From assembly GCA_963786935.1 (NCBI GenBank), contig CAWBAN010000003.1, positions 256,001 through 320,000 on the forward strand: a stretch of DNA of 64,000 nt. The letters run 5' to 3'. The position numbers and the translations under genes are program-made. This document shows, in pieces, positions 8,584-23,144 of the stretch (its first letter is position 1; each line of letters opens with the position of its first letter). The stretch is from an uncultured bacterium. GTDB lineage: Bacteria > Krumholzibacteriota > Krumholzibacteriia > Krumholzibacteriales > Krumholzibacteriaceae. The notes beneath the pieces were generated by a model. That model saw only the letters and a program-made list of their open reading frames with translations. It did not search any database and had not been told where the DNA came from.

Positions 8584-9789
8584 TCAATCCTTGCCGAAGA
8601 GGTAATGCCGCAGGATGTATTTCAGCTTGTAGAGGCGCATCGCCCAGATCGCCGTTCTCGATCCGGTGAACTCCCGCAGGATCAGGAGGAAGAACGCGGG
8701 ATCGATCGTGCGGATCGTGATCCCGCGCCATTGCCACGGAGAGCCGGCGCCGATCCTGTTGATCTCCCGCGGATTCTGTCCGACGGTGTTCGTTCGCTCG
8801 CGGTTCTGGTAGTGCGTCGTCGTCGCGAGGTACCCCGCCTCCTCGGCGAGGCGGAAGGTCGCGGGATTTCTGCCGCCGCCGGGCCAGCACAGGAACTCGA
8901 CCTTCACGCCGAGCTCCCGCTCGATGATCGAGCGCGACTCCGTGATCTCGGCGCGCACGCGGTCCTCGTACTCGCGATCCGTTTCCGTGCGATCGCGCCG
9001 GGGGCCGAAGTCCTTCGCGACGGCGAGCAGCTCATCGCGCCAGTCCGCCCGATCGAAGAACGCCGCGCCGCCGCCGCGCGCCACGTGCGCGACGAGACGC
9101 TCCGTGAGCGCTCCATCCTCGAAGTAGCGCTTCGCGGCGATCGATTTTTCGTGGCGGTAGATCGGCGTGCCGTACGGCACTTCGTCCTCGAGACGCGCCG
9201 TCATGTATTCGTATTTTCGATCGGGGCGGCGATTCCAGCCGAGCCACGGCGGCGGAACGTACCCGTCCGCGCCGCGGGGGCGATGGAAGTCAACGATCTC
9301 GGGACCGGCGTAGTACCACGTGTGCGTCTTCGCGTGGCTCTGGATCTCGACGGCGCCGCTCTCGATCATGATTCGCATCTCGGGCCACGAGAGAAAGCCG
9401 GTCACGGGAAGGTCCTTCTTCGACACGGCTCCCTTCCAGACGTCCTCGAGGTTCGGACGCGGCGTCGCGCAGGGATCGACGAAATCGGTCGTCATCCAGA
9501 TGACGGCGTGCCGGCCGTATTTCTTGAGAATGGGATAGGCGAACACCCAGTTGTCGAGATATCCGTCGTCGAAGGTGAGCACGATCGGCTTCTCGGGAAG
9601 CGGAGCGTCATTCGCCATATGATCGTGGAGAGCGCGCAGCGTGATCGTCGTCCAGCCTTTCGCCTCGAGCGCGCCCATCTGTCCCTCGAACACTTCCGCC
9701 GGCATGACGAGGTTGTTCCAGGGCCAGCCGGGTTTCAGGGGCCCGATCGAGTGGTACATGATGACGGGAACGCCTTTGACTCGCTTCAT
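8584..9789 (-). CDS. Polysaccharide deacetylase family protein
   Basis: VIMYHSI, LTFDDGY, IQSHAKTH, CWPGG. Confidence 0.88.
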   Translation of the reverse strand: MKRVKGVPVIMYHSIGPLKPGWPWNNLVMPAEVFEGQMGALEAKGWTTITLRALHDHMANDAPLPEKPIVLTFDDGYLDNWVFAYPILKKYGRHAVIWMTTDFVDPCATPRPNLEDVWKGAVSKKDLPVTGFLSWPEMRIMIESGAVEIQSHAKTHTWYYAGPEIVDFHRPRGADGYVPPPWLGWNRRPDRKYEYMTARLEDEVPYGTPIYRHEKSIAAKRYFEDGALTERLVAHVARGGGAAFFDRADWRDELLAVAKDFGPRRDRTETDREYEDRVRAEITESRSIIERELGVKVEFLCWPGGGRNPATFRLAEEAGYLATTTHYQNRERTNTVGQNPREINRIGAGSPWQWRGITIRTIDPAFFLLILREFTGSRTAIWAMRLYKLKYILRHYLFGKD

Positions 9790-9956
9790 CGAAGCCGGAC
9801 GCTAGCGGAACACCGGGAAAAAATCAATTGAACTTTCGGCGGCGAACGCCAACAATGGAACACCGCGATTGGAGCGGGCTCCGGCGGGCCGCGGGCGCGG
9901 ATTCCGGAGCATCGAGCGTGCAGACGGCACCGAACCGCAACGGGAGGTAATCCCCC

Positions 9957-11930
9957 ATGGCAGAGGAACACACGAAGCTTCATCCGGCGGCCTTCCGCGA
10001 GCTGAAGGCCGGCGAGACGTACGAGCCGATCGTGCCGGCGTCGCAGTCGGCGCTCGAGGTCACGATCCGCTCGGTCGGAATCGGGCTCGTCATGGCGGTC
10101 ATCTTCTCGCTCGCCTCGGCGTATCTCGCCCTCAAGGCGGGGCAGGGGATGGAGCCCGCGATTCCGATCGCGATCCTCGCCGTCGGCATGGCGGGGCTCT
10201 TCGCGCGACGGAGCACGATTCTCGAAAACGTCATCATTCAGTCGGTCGGCGCGGCCTCGGGGGCCGTCGTGGCGGGCGCGGTCTTCACGATCCCTGCCCT
10301 CTACATGATCGGGCTCGAGGTTTCGTTCTGGCACATCTTCCTGACCGCGTTCTTCGGCGGTTGCCTCGGCGTCTTCTTCCTCATCCCGCTGCGGCAGTTC
10401 CTCATGGTCAAGGAGCACGGGAAGCTTCCGTTCCCCGAGGCGATGGCGACGACCGAGATCCTCGTGACGGGGGAGGGAGCGGGCTCGCAGGCGAAGATCC
10501 TCATCTGGAGCGCATCGGTCGCGTTCCTTTTCGACCTCTGCGTGCTCGCCTTCGGCCTCTGGCGCGAGATCATCACCTTCCACTCGGTGAAGTTCGGCGC
10601 CTGGCTCGAGAACCGCTTCTCGATGGCCTTCCGCGTCGACGGGCTCGCCGCGATCGTGGGGCTCGGCTACATCGTCGGGCTCAAGTACGCCTCGATCATC
10701 GCGTCCGGAAGCTTCCTCTCGTATCTCGTGTTCATCCCGTTCGTCAAGTTCATCGGCGGGCACCTCACGGGGATCATTCCGCCGGGGACGGTCCCGATCG
10801 CCGAGATGGGCGTCAACGACATCTTCTCGAATTACGTGCGGCTCATCGGCATCGGCGGCATCGCGGGGGCCGGCATCATGGGAATCATCCGGAGCTTCCC
10901 GTCGATCGTGCAGTCGTTCAGCATCGGGATCAAGGGGATCGCCGCCACCCGCGAGGGGCACGGCGACATCCCGCGGACGGACCGTAACATCCACATGCGT
11001 GACGTGCTCATCGGCATCGCCGCCGTCGCGGTGTGTCTCTTCATCTTCTTCCGGACCGGCCTCACCGGCACCGCGGTCGGACTCGTCGGCGTCGCGATCG
11101 CGCTCGTCATCTCCTTCCTCTTCACGCTCGTCGCCGCGCGGGCGATCGGCCTCATCGGGACGAACCCCGTTTCGGGGATGACGCTCGTCACGCTCATCAT
11201 CACGAGCGTGATTCTCGCGCGGATGGGGCTCTCGGGCGAGTCGGGCATGTTCGTCGCGCTCATCATCGGGGGCGTCGTCTGCACGGCGCTTGCCGTGGCG
11301 GGGGCCTTCGCCACCGATCTCAAGATCGGCTACTGGATCGGCTCGACGCCGCGCAACCAGCAGGCGTTCAAGTTCGCCGGCGTGCTCGTCTCGGCGGCGG
11401 CGTGCGCCTTCGCGATGATGCTCCTCGGGAGCACCTACGAGTTCGGCTCGCAGCAAATGCCTGCCCCGCAGGCCTCGGCGATGCGCGAGATCATCGTCGG
11501 GCTCATGGGGGGAGGCGCGGGGGTCCAGTGGATCCTCTTCGCCTTCGGCGTCATCATCTCGGTGATCCTCGCCCTCGTCGGCGTTCCGGCGCTCGCCTTC
11601 GCGCTCGGGATGTACCTGCCGATCCAGCTCAACACGGCGGTGCTCCTCGGCGGCTTCATCGCCTACCTCGTCGGCAAGAGCTCGAAGGACGAGAAGATCG
11701 CCAAAGAGCACGGGGAACGCGGCGTGCTCGTCGCCTCAGGATACATCGCCGGCGGCTCGATCGCGGGGGTCGTCGCGGCGGTCATCGCGGCCGCCGGCCT
11801 GCAGGCGCGGCTCACGGTGCCGTGGCCGGGCACGACGCTCGATTCGTGGGGGGAGATACTCGCGATCGTCATGGTCGTGCTCCTTTCGGTGTTCATGTAC
11901 CGGTACTCGACGAGGAGCAGCCGTGCATAG
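9957..11930 (+). CDS. Oligopeptide transporter, OPT family
   Basis: Many TMs; YLALKAG, ENVIIQS, LPFPE, TNPVSGM, DLKIGYWIGSTP..QQ, PAPQA. Confidence 0.93.
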   Translation: MAEEHTKLHPAAFRELKAGETYEPIVPASQSALEVTIRSVGIGLVMAVIFSLASAYLALKAGQGMEPAIPIAILAVGMAGLFARRSTILENVIIQSVGAASGAVVAGAVFTIPALYMIGLEVSFWHIFLTAFFGGCLGVFFLIPLRQFLMVKEHGKLPFPEAMATTEILVTGEGAGSQAKILIWSASVAFLFDLCVLAFGLWREIITFHSVKFGAWLENRFSMAFRVDGLAAIVGLGYIVGLKYASIIASGSFLSYLVFIPFVKFIGGHLTGIIPPGTVPIAEMGVNDIFSNYVRLIGIGGIAGAGIMGIIRSFPSIVQSFSIGIKGIAATREGHGDIPRTDRNIHMRDVLIGIAAVAVCLFIFFRTGLTGTAVGLVGVAIALVISFLFTLVAARAIGLIGTNPVSGMTLVTLIITSVILARMGLSGESGMFVALIIGGVVCTALAVAGAFATDLKIGYWIGSTPRNQQAFKFAGVLVSAAACAFAMMLLGSTYEFGSQQMPAPQASAMREIIVGLMGGGAGVQWILFAFGVIISVILALVGVPALAFALGMYLPIQLNTAVLLGGFIAYLVGKSSKDEKIAKEHGERGVLVASGYIAGGSIAGVVAAVIAAAGLQARLTVPWPGTTLDSWGEILAIVMVVLLSVFMYRYSTRSSRA

Positions 11931-11945
11931 CGATTCGGGCGGGCG

Positions 11946-12674
11946 ATGAAGCGCGATCCGGAGAATCCGACCTACGACCACACGCTGGACACGCTGTGCT
12001 CCGAGTCGGGGTACAAGTTCCAGCGGGAGAAGTACGGGCCCAAGCTCGCCTTTATGAAGCGGCACTTCGGCGAGCGGTTTCCTTCGATCGCGCTTCTCGA
12101 CGTCGGCGTCGGATACGGCGTCTTCCTCAAGATAGCGGGGGAGGACTTCGGCCTTCGAAACCTCCGCGGCATGGATCCCTATCCCAATTCGATCGAGATC
12201 GCCAGAAAGATGACGCCGGCTCGCATCGAGCGCGGTGATCTCCTCGAGAGGACATGGCCGTTCGAGGAGCGCTCATTCGACGTCATCACGTGCTTCGACG
12301 TGCTCGAGCATCTCGAGAAGCCGGACGAGTTTTTCAAGAACGCCCGGCGCTACCTCAAGAGCGGCGGCATCGTCATCATCTCGACGCCGAACAAGGGGCT
12401 GCCGTATCGCATGCGCTCGATCCCGCTCATCGGATTCCCCGACACGAATCCGACGCACATCAACGTGCAGCCCCCCTCGTACTGGAAGGCGGCCGCGGCG
12501 CGGAACGGCTACGAGGTCGTCGCGTCGTGGAAGGGGGAGTATCTCACCCACATCAGGCTCGTTCCCAAGATCCTCGCGGCGCTCTGCGCGGCGTTCAGGA
12601 TCGACGCGCGGAAGGCGCCGCTCGTGAATTCCTTCGAGCAGGCGTTCGTCATGGTCGCACGGCCGGTCGGCTGA
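11946..12674 (+). CDS. Class I SAM-dependent methyltransferase
   Basis: LLDVGVGYG motif I; FDVITCFDVLEHL; ISTPN. Confidence 0.88.
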   Translation: MKRDPENPTYDHTLDTLCSESGYKFQREKYGPKLAFMKRHFGERFPSIALLDVGVGYGVFLKIAGEDFGLRNLRGMDPYPNSIEIARKMTPARIERGDLLERTWPFEERSFDVITCFDVLEHLEKPDEFFKNARRYLKSGGIVIISTPNKGLPYRMRSIPLIGFPDTNPTHINVQPPSYWKAAAARNGYEVVASWKGEYLTHIRLVPKILAALCAAFRIDARKAPLVNSFEQAFVMVARPVG

Positions 12675-12717
12675 CGCATCCCCCAGGAAATCCCCGCCAA
12701 TAACGGCAAATAGCGAA

Positions 12718-12746
12718 TTGACTGCGCCGCCCGATGGTGCTACGGT
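12718..12746 (+). promoter_or_regulatory. Putative sigma70 promoter of the kinase array
   Basis: TTGACT, 17 bp, TG-C-TACGGT. Confidence 0.5.
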
Positions 12747-12811
12747 GATTGCAAGGGGCAATCAACTCATCAATTGAAGAGACGTCCATTGGCCACCGGG
12801 AGGTGCCCCCA

Positions 12812-15415
12812 ATGGTCGGCAAAACGATTTCGCATTACAAGATTCTCGAGAAGCTCGGCGAGGGGGGCATGGGCGTGGTCTACAAGGCCCATGACACCAA
12901 GCTCGATCGGGTCGTCGCCCTCAAGTTTCTCCCGCACTATCTGACGAGCGATTCGATCGAAAAGGAGCGTTTCTACCACGAGGCGCGCGCCGCGAGCGCG
13001 CTCCTGCATGGAAACATCGCGGTGGTGTTCGAAATCAACGAGCATGACGGTCAGGTGTTCATCGCGATGGAGTACGTCGAGGGGCGGACGCTGAAGCAGG
13101 TCATCGCGGAGGATGCGCTCCCGCTCAAGAGCGTTCTCGACATCGCGATTCAGGTGTGCGACGGCCTCGCCGCGGCGCACGAGAAGGGGATCGTGCACCG
13201 CGACATCAAGAGCGAGAACATCATGGTAACGCCGAAGGGGCAGCCGAAGATCACCGACTTCGGCCTCGCGAAGGTGAAGGGGGCGACGAAGCTCACGAAG
13301 GAAGGCTCGACGCTCGGCACGGCGGCGTACATGTCCCCGGAGCAGGCGCGCGGCGAAGCGGTCGATCATCGCTCCGATCTCTTCTCGTTCGGGGTCGTGC
13401 TGTACGAGATGCTCACGGGGAGGCTCCCGTTCGGCGGCGAGCACCAGGCGGCGCTTCTCTACTCGATCATGAACGATGAGCCCCAGCCGATCGCGCGTTT
13501 CAACGAGAAGACGACGCCCGAGATCGAGCACATCGTCGCGAAAGCCCTCGAGAAGGACCGGGACGACCGCTACCAGCACGCCGACGAGATGCTCGCCGAT
13601 CTTCGGCGCGAGCGGAAAAGGATCGACTACGTGAAGACGGGGCAGGTCTCGACCGCGCCGATCGCCAAATCGCGCGCCGCGTCGCGACGTCGGCTGCTCG
13701 TTCTCGGCGCCGTTGCGGCAGCGCTCATCATACTCATCGGCGCTTCCTCCGTGATCGTATCGAAGCGGGCGGGACGGGTCGTGCTCAATCCGGACATGAG
13801 CTTCCGGACGCTCCCGATACCCTTCACGGAAATCGGCACCCCTGGGCTCTCCCGCGACGGGGCCTGGGCGGCGTTTCCCGCTCCCGACGAGCGCGGCAGG
13901 TACGACGTCTATTTCATGAATACGGCATCGGGAGAATCGCGGCGCATCACGTCCGATTCGAGCTTCTTCATGGCCAGCGCTGACATATCCCCCGACGGAG
14001 GCCAGGTCGTCTACGACAGGCCGGAGTCCGCCGGAGGACGCCATCCCGAAATCGCCGTCGTTTCCTCCGTGGGGGGGGCGAGCAGGGTGATCGTCGCCAG
14101 AGGATGGTTCCCGCGATGGCGCCCCGACGGTCAGCGAATCGGATATGTGACCGACAAGGATGCCGGGAGCAAGTCCGGAAAGGCCGAGTTCCACACCGTT
14201 CGGCCGAACGGAACCGATGATCGCGTGGAGCTGATCGACAGCACATCGGCCGTGGGGCGGAATTATTCGTGGTCGCCTGACGGCCGCTCGGTCTGCTGGA
14301 TCAGGAATGTCTCGCAGCACCAACAGGAGCTTGCGGTGCACGAGCTCTCCACGGGAAAGTCGCAGCAGATCACCTTCGACAAGAAGGACATCCGCGAAGT
14401 ATGCTGGGCGTCCAACGGACGGATCATCTTCTCCTCGAATAGGACGGGCAACTTCAACCTCTGGATGATCTCCCCCTCGGGGGGCGCCGAAACCCAGATC
14501 ACCAAGGGAGCGGGCCCCGATAACTCAATAGCGATATGCAGGGATGGCTCGAAGCTTCTCTATCGTCAGGAGCAGACCATCGGCCACATCTGGATCGCAG
14601 GAACGGACGGATCGAATCCACGCCAGATCACCTTCGACGACGTGTACCTCTGGAGGGTCGCCTTCACCCCCGACGCAAAGAAGGTGCTGTTCGGGCTCGT
14701 TCAACCGGGCGGCTCGAACTGGGGATCGGCCGTGTGCTCGATAGACCGGGACGGTAAGAACCGGAAACGACTGACCTCGGGCGATGAAAAGGTGAACAAT
14801 CCGCTGCCCTCTCCCGACGGCCGATGGATCATCTACGGCAGGAATGCGATCGACGAGCCGTCCGATTCGTCGAGAGTCTATCTCATCGGCGCCGTAAACC
14901 CCGGCACACCGAGACTCATCGGCACGGGAAGCCCGTCGCGCTGGATCGACGAGAAGAGATTCCTGGCATGGGACTTCGGCATCACGTGCAACCGGCTCCA
15001 CAGCATCGACGGCGGAGAGCCGATGAAGTTCTTCGAAGACTCGACCGACGCGTATCCTCTCCAGGGAGGGAAGTACATCGGGTATTGGGATAGCCACTAC
15101 GGACGAGAGGGCTTCTGGGTTTGCGCGGCGCCCGGAGCGAAGGACGCGCGCCTCCCGTCACCGAAGCGAATCATCCAGCCGATGTTATTCGCCGAGCTCG
15201 ACAAGAGCGGCGAATACATCTATTACGTGGAAAACACGGGCGAGCTTCAGCGAATCTCCATCCCTTCCGGAAGGAAAGAGACCATCCGGGGAGTGTTTCC
15301 CGGGCTGACCGCGTGGAATTCATGGTTCGACATCAGCTATGACGGAAAGGAGATCGTCTACACGGACGGACGGCCGAACTGCAAGCTCATCATGATCGAG
15401 AAGCCGTTCAAGTAG
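12812..15415 (+). CDS. Hanks-type Ser/Thr kinase + TM + TolB/PD40-like beta-propeller (kinase 1)
   Basis: [28 protein letters not shown]; repeated WSPDG/SPDG; SD GGAGGT before ATG 12812. Confidence 0.93.
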   Translation: MVGKTISHYKILEKLGEGGMGVVYKAHDTKLDRVVALKFLPHYLTSDSIEKERFYHEARAASALLHGNIAVVFEINEHDGQVFIAMEYVEGRTLKQVIAEDALPLKSVLDIAIQVCDGLAAAHEKGIVHRDIKSENIMVTPKGQPKITDFGLAKVKGATKLTKEGSTLGTAAYMSPEQARGEAVDHRSDLFSFGVVLYEMLTGRLPFGGEHQAALLYSIMNDEPQPIARFNEKTTPEIEHIVAKALEKDRDDRYQHADEMLADLRRERKRIDYVKTGQVSTAPIAKSRAASRRRLLVLGAVAAALIILIGASSVIVSKRAGRVVLNPDMSFRTLPIPFTEIGTPGLSRDGAWAAFPAPDERGRYDVYFMNTASGESRRITSDSSFFMASADISPDGGQVVYDRPESAGGRHPEIAVVSSVGGASRVIVARGWFPRWRPDGQRIGYVTDKDAGSKSGKAEFHTVRPNGTDDRVELIDSTSAVGRNYSWSPDGRSVCWIRNVSQHQQELAVHELSTGKSQQITFDKKDIREVCWASNGRIIFSSNRTGNFNLWMISPSGGAETQITKGAGPDNSIAICRDGSKLLYRQEQTIGHIWIAGTDGSNPRQITFDDVYLWRVAFTPDAKKVLFGLVQPGGSNWGSAVCSIDRDGKNRKRLTSGDEKVNNPLPSPDGRWIIYGRNAIDEPSDSSRVYLIGAVNPGTPRLIGTGSPSRWIDEKRFLAWDFGITCNRLHSIDGGEPMKFFEDSTDAYPLQGGKYIGYWDSHYGREGFWVCAAPGAKDARLPSPKRIIQPMLFAELDKSGEYIYYVENTGELQRISIPSGRKETIRGVFPGLTAWNSWFDISYDGKEIVYTDGRPNCKLIMIEKPFK

Positions 15416-15425
15416 GCGAGTGCGT

Positions 15426-18137
15426 ATGATTGGTCGAACAGTATCGCACTACATGATCCTCGAGAAGCTCGGCGAAGGGGGGATGGGGGTCGTCTACCGC
15501 GCCCATGACACCAAGCTCGATCGGGACGTCGCGCTGAAGTTCCTGCCCCCGGAGCTCACGAAGGATCCGATTGCGAGGGAACGTCTCGTCCACGAAGCCA
15601 GAGCCGCCTCTGCCTTGGCTCATCCCAACGTCTGCGCGATTCATGATATCCAGGATTATGAGAATCAAATGTTCATCGTCATGGACTACGTCGACGGCCG
15701 GATGCTCCGCGAGAAGCTGGGCTCCCTCGGATACAAGCAGGCCATCGATATCGCGATCCAGGTCGCGGAAGGGCTGGCTGCGGCGCACGAGAAGGGCATC
15801 GTGCATAGAGACATCAAGCCCGAGAACATCATGATCCGCAGGGACGGTATCGCCCAGATCATGGATTTCGGGCTCGCGAAGCTGAGGGGCACGGTGACCC
15901 GGCTCACGAAGGAGGGGAGCACCGTCGGAACCGCGGGGTACATGTCCCCCGAGCAGGTGCAGGGGCAGGAGACCGATCACCGATCGGACGTCTTCTCGTT
16001 CGGGGTGGTGCTGTACGAGCTGCTCACGGGGCAGCCGCCGTTCAAGGGAGTTCATGATACCGCCCTCGCGTACGAGATCGTGAACGTGGATCCGGCGCCG
16101 ATGACGTCGATCAAGCCGGAAATCGATCCCCAGCTCGATGCGATCGTGCTCGAGTGTCTGGAGAAGGATCCGCGGGAGAGGACGCAGTCGATGGCGCAGG
16201 TTGCCGTCGATCTCAAGAAGTACAAACGCGACACGAGCCGGCAGCGGGCGAGCCGCATCACGGCGGCACGTCAGGTGCCGAAGCCTTCCGAGGAGCCTCA
16301 CCTCCTTGAAGCTTCTCGGGCCTCGAGAAGGCCTTCCGTCGTGTGGATCGCTCTGCCGCTGCTCTTCCTCGCCGCCGCGGTGACGTTCGGGACTCTGTAT
16401 TTCAAGCGTCCATCCCCGGAAGTCAGGACCGTCTGGTCCTCGATTCTTCCCCCGGAAGGGCAGTCGTTCGCCACGGGATCGGTCGGAATCGGCGGAGGCC
16501 ATCTGGCGCTTTCGCCGGACGGGAGCATGCTCGCGATCGTCGCCGTGGATTCATTGAGCAAGACGCGTCTCATGGTGAGAGCGCTGGGCGCGCCCGCGAT
16601 GAAGGAGCTTGCCGGGACGGAGGGGGCGACTTATCCCTTCTGGTCTCCCGATAGCCGCTCCATAGGGTTCTTCCAATCGGGGAAGATGAAGAAGATCGAA
16701 GCGGCGGGTGGACCTCCGATGACCATCTGTGATGCGGTGGAGGGTCGTGGCGGGTCGTGGAATCAAGATGGTGTGATCATCTTCTCGGGCGCGGGGGACC
16801 CCATCTATCGAGTCCCCGCCGCGGGAGGCGCCGTGGCTGCCGTGACGAAGCTCGATACGAGCCGCAGCGAGAAGACGCATCGGTGGCCCTGCTTTCTGCC
16901 CGATGGCAGGCACTTTCTCTATTTCTCGCGCACGACCTCGGGCGGCGTCGAGCGGGAGGAAGATGCCGTCTTCGTCGCTTCGTTGGACGGCGCGGTCAAC
17001 AAGCGATTGATGCATGCGAAAGGAAATGTCGTGTGCGCATGCGGCTATCTGGTCTATCTCCGAGAGAAGACCCTCATGGCTCAGCCGTTCGATCTCCGCA
17101 CGCTCGAACTCTCGGGCGACGCGGTTCCTCTCGCAGAGCCGATCGCGTACGATATCGGATACAATCGCGCGGTCTTCTCGGTGTCACCGAAAGGCGTATT
17201 GGTCTTTCAAGCAGGAAACGAACGATCGGGACTCCAGCTCGAGTGGTTCGACCGCACCGGGAAGTCGCTGGGGAAGATCGCCGAACCGATGAGGTATTCC
17301 TACGCCGCGCTCTCTCCCGATGGAAGGAAGCTCGCAATCGATCTTGTCGATCCATTGTCAGGAAACATGGACATCTGGATCTATGACTTGGCGCGGGGAA
17401 TCAAGACACGATTCACATCCGATCCTTCAGAGGATCTGTATGCGGTTTGGTCGCCCGACGGGAGCCGCCTTGTCTTCAGCTCGGCTCGAAGAGGGCATGT
17501 CGATCTCTTTCTGAAATCGTCGAGCGGCGCCGGCGCCGAGGAGATTCTCCTCGAATCCCCCGTGGACAAGTATGCATTCGATTGGTCCCTCGACGGAAGG
17601 TTCATTGCGTACGCCGATATCAGCAAACGAGAGAGCTTGTGGATTCTTCCGGTTGGGGGAGATCGAAGGCCGTTTGTATTTCTCCAGGCCGCTTTCAACG
17701 GGGATTTGCCTCAGTTCTCTCCCGATATGCGCTGGATCGCCTACCAGTCCGATGAGTCCCAAACCTGGGAGCTGTACATACGCCCGTTCATCGGCGCGGA
17801 TGGAAGCCCGATCAGTCGTCAAACGGGGCAGTGGCAGGTGTCCACGGATGGTGTCGCCCTCAACTCTCCTCCCAAATGGAATCGAAACGGGAGGGAGCTG
17901 TTCTATCTGTCGAGTGACAACAGGCTGATGGCTGCGGAAATCGCCGTGAACGGTCAGGCGTGCGATGTGGGCGCCGTGCGGCCGCTCTTCGACTTGAAGG
18001 AGGCCGGGGGAGGCGTGTACTTCGCGGGCGTCAGCGCGGATGGGCAGAAGTTTCTCCTGGGGATCCAGGTCGGCGTGCGATCAGTCCCGGCGCTCACTCT
18101 CGTTACGAACTGGGATGCGGAGCTGAAGAGGAAATGA
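15426..18137 (+). CDS. Hanks-type Ser/Thr kinase + TM + PD40 beta-propellers (kinase 2)
   Basis: HRDIKPEN, DFG, YMSPE; TM; PFWSPD/WSPDG repeats; ends LVTNW..ELKRK. Confidence 0.93.
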   Translation: MIGRTVSHYMILEKLGEGGMGVVYRAHDTKLDRDVALKFLPPELTKDPIARERLVHEARAASALAHPNVCAIHDIQDYENQMFIVMDYVDGRMLREKLGSLGYKQAIDIAIQVAEGLAAAHEKGIVHRDIKPENIMIRRDGIAQIMDFGLAKLRGTVTRLTKEGSTVGTAGYMSPEQVQGQETDHRSDVFSFGVVLYELLTGQPPFKGVHDTALAYEIVNVDPAPMTSIKPEIDPQLDAIVLECLEKDPRERTQSMAQVAVDLKKYKRDTSRQRASRITAARQVPKPSEEPHLLEASRASRRPSVVWIALPLLFLAAAVTFGTLYFKRPSPEVRTVWSSILPPEGQSFATGSVGIGGGHLALSPDGSMLAIVAVDSLSKTRLMVRALGAPAMKELAGTEGATYPFWSPDSRSIGFFQSGKMKKIEAAGGPPMTICDAVEGRGGSWNQDGVIIFSGAGDPIYRVPAAGGAVAAVTKLDTSRSEKTHRWPCFLPDGRHFLYFSRTTSGGVEREEDAVFVASLDGAVNKRLMHAKGNVVCACGYLVYLREKTLMAQPFDLRTLELSGDAVPLAEPIAYDIGYNRAVFSVSPKGVLVFQAGNERSGLQLEWFDRTGKSLGKIAEPMRYSYAALSPDGRKLAIDLVDPLSGNMDIWIYDLARGIKTRFTSDPSEDLYAVWSPDGSRLVFSSARRGHVDLFLKSSSGAGAEEILLESPVDKYAFDWSLDGRFIAYADISKRESLWILPVGGDRRPFVFLQAAFNGDLPQFSPDMRWIAYQSDESQTWELYIRPFIGADGSPISRQTGQWQVSTDGVALNSPPKWNRNGRELFYLSSDNRLMAAEIAVNGQACDVGAVRPLFDLKEAGGGVYFAGVSADGQKFLLGIQVGVRSVPALTLVTNWDAELKRK

Positions 18138-18184
18138 AAGGGAAGTAAGGATCTCTCGTTGTACATCTCCACAGGAACGACGGC

Positions 18185-20607
<2,423 letters not shown>

Positions 20608-20611
<4 letters not shown>

Positions 20612-22938
20612 CCGTGATCGGCAAGACGATCTCGCATTATCGTATCCTCGAAAAGCTCGGCGAGGGGGGCATGGGCGTCGTGTACAAGGCCGAGGACATG
20701 AAGCTCAAGCGTGTCGTCGCGCTCAAGTTCTTGCCCCCGGAGCTCACGCGCGACCCCGAGGCGAAGGCGCGGTTCATCCAGGAGGCGCAGGCGGCATCGG
20801 CGCTCGATCACCAGAACATCTGCAACATCCACGAGGTCGACGAGACTGCCGACGGCCAGCTCTTCATCTGCATGGCGTATTACGGGGGGGAGACGCTCAA
20901 GGAGCGGATCCGGCGGGGTCCGCTCCTCCCGGGAGAGGCCGTTCGGATCGCGACGCAGGTGGGGGAGGGGCTCGCGCAGGCGCATTCGCGCGGGATCGTT
21001 CACCGCGACATCAAGCCGGCGAACATCATCATCACGACGGACGGGGTCGCGAAGATTCTCGATTTCGGAATCGCCAAGCTCGCGGGGCAGGTGGGGCTCA
21101 CCCGGGCGTCCTCGACGCTTGGAACGGTCGCGTATATGTCTCCCGAGCAGGTCCGCGGAGACGCCGCGGACGCCCGGACCGACATTTGGTCGCTCGGCGT
21201 CGTGCTGTTCGAGATGATGACGGGGAAGGTGCCGTTCAAGGGAGAGTATGAGCAGGGGATAACGTATTCGATTCTCAACGACGAGCCGGTCTCGCTCGCC
21301 GGCGATCGCCCCGGGCCGTCGTGGCGTCTCCAGCTCATTCTGCAGAGAGCCTTGGCGAAGAATCGGGACGATCGCTATCGGAGCGTCAACGACATGGTCG
21401 CCGGCCTCAAATCGTTGCCACAGGACCTCGAGATGGAAAAGCCCGCGGCCGCGCCGGATAATCCGAGAAGATCGAGACGAGCGCTCCTCATCGGAATCGC
21501 CGCATGCATGATCCTCGCCGCCGCCATCATTCTGGGCCGCGGCTTTCTGCTCATGCCACGAGAGAAGCCCATCACCTCGATCGCCGTCCGCCCGTTCCAG
21601 AATATCTCGGCCGATCCGGAGCAGGAATATTTCTCCGATGGCATGACCGAGGCGCTCATCGCGGAGCTCTCGAAGATCAAAGCGCTCCGCGTCATCTCGC
21701 GGACCTCCGTCATGCGGTTCAAGAAGAGCGAAGCGTCGCTTCCGGAGATCGCACGACAGCTCAATGTCGATGCAGTCGTCGAAGGCTCCGTCCAGCGCGT
21801 TCATGACGACGTGCGCGTCACGGCCCAGCTCGTTCAGGCGGCGCCCGAGAAGCACCTGTGGGCGAACACGTACACGCAGAGCTTCGAGAATATTCTGGCT
21901 CTGGAGAGCGAGATCGCCCAGGCGATCGCCCGCGAGATACGCGTCACGGTGACGCCCGAGGAGCAGAAGCGGCTCGCCGCGTCGCGCCCGGTGAATCCCG
22001 CCGCGCACGAGGCGTATCTCAAGGGGCATTTCCATCTCTGGAAGTACAGAGACGGCGACGTCGAGAAGGCGATTCGGTACTTCGAAGAAGCGATTGCGAT
22101 CGATTCAATGTGCGCGCCCGCGTACGTCGACCTCGGCCACGCGTACGATTATTTCAGCGAAAGAATGCCGCCTTCCGAGTTCGCCCGCAAGGTAACTACC
22201 TATGCGCGAAAGGCCCTGAGCATCGATCCGACGATGGCGGAAGCGTACGTGCTCCTCGGAGACGTGAAGCTCAGTTATGACTGGGACTGGAAAGGAGCCG
22301 AAGCGGACTTCGGAAAGGCGATCGCATTGAATCCGAACAACGCGGTTGCACGCGCGTATTACTCCTCGTATCTCGGCGTCATGGGCAGGTTTGACGAGGC
22401 GCTGCGGGAGGCCAACCGCGCGAACGAGCTCGATCCTCTCGACTTGAATATGAAACTCATGCTCGCAAATCGATATTATTACGTTCGGCAATACGATAAA
22501 GCCGAGGCGCTATATGAAGAGATACGGAGCCTGGACAGCACCTATGCTCTCGCTTACGTGGGGCTCGGCCGCATGCGGTTCGTTCGAGGGAGATTCAAGG
22601 ACGCCGCAACGGAGTACCGCAAAGCCCTGCAGTACGATGTGGCCTACGGCAGCGAGGGGCTCGGCGCGGCTCTCGCGCGGTCGGGGAACGTGGGAGAGGC
22701 GCGAAGGGAGATCGTGCGGTTGATGCGGGAATCCGAAGCCGGGCAGCAGCGGCAGGTGTCAATCGCGGCTGCCTATCTCGCTCTCGGCGAACCCGACAGC
22801 GCGTTCCAGTGGCTTGAGAAGGCGTACGAGCTTCGCGACGGGAACCTCCCGTGGGTGAGGCTCATACCCATGTTCGACGATCTGCGCTCCGATCAGCGAT
22901 ACTTCGCGCTCATGAAGAAGCTCAAGCTCGAGCCGTGA
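20608..22938 (+). CDS. Hanks-type Ser/Thr kinase + TM + TolB_N-like domain + TPRs (kinase 4)
   Basis: HRDIKPAN; SIAVRPF...EYFSDGMTE; TPRs; GTGA overlap with kinase 3 (alternative GTG 20614). Confidence 0.93.
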
Positions 22939-23113
22939 GGACGGGCATCAAGCCTTTTCACGGTGGGATACCGGAAGAACCATGAGGAGGCGTGGCCGGT
23001 CGCGAGCCTGACGCTCGGCGGCGTCATGTACAATCAGACGCAGCGAGATAATCATGCGCATCCGCGAGGGCTGCATCGCGCAGGCATTCGATGGGATGCT
23101 GCAGGTTCCGGCA

Positions 23114-23137
23114 GCCGGAATCCTCGTTGATTCCGGC
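23114..23137. terminator. Stem-loop just downstream of the small minus-strand ORF
   Basis: GCCGGAATC / GATTCCGGC 9-bp stem, 6-nt loop, 7 nt after the TAA at 23145; no clear U-tract. Confidence 0.4.
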
Positions 23138-23144
23138 CGCTTCG

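Noticed and set aside
22939..23110. Short plus-strand ORFs after kinase 4 (e.g. 23054-23266)
   Set aside because: No motif or convincing SD-start pairing; overlap the better-supported minus-strand peptide and hairpin
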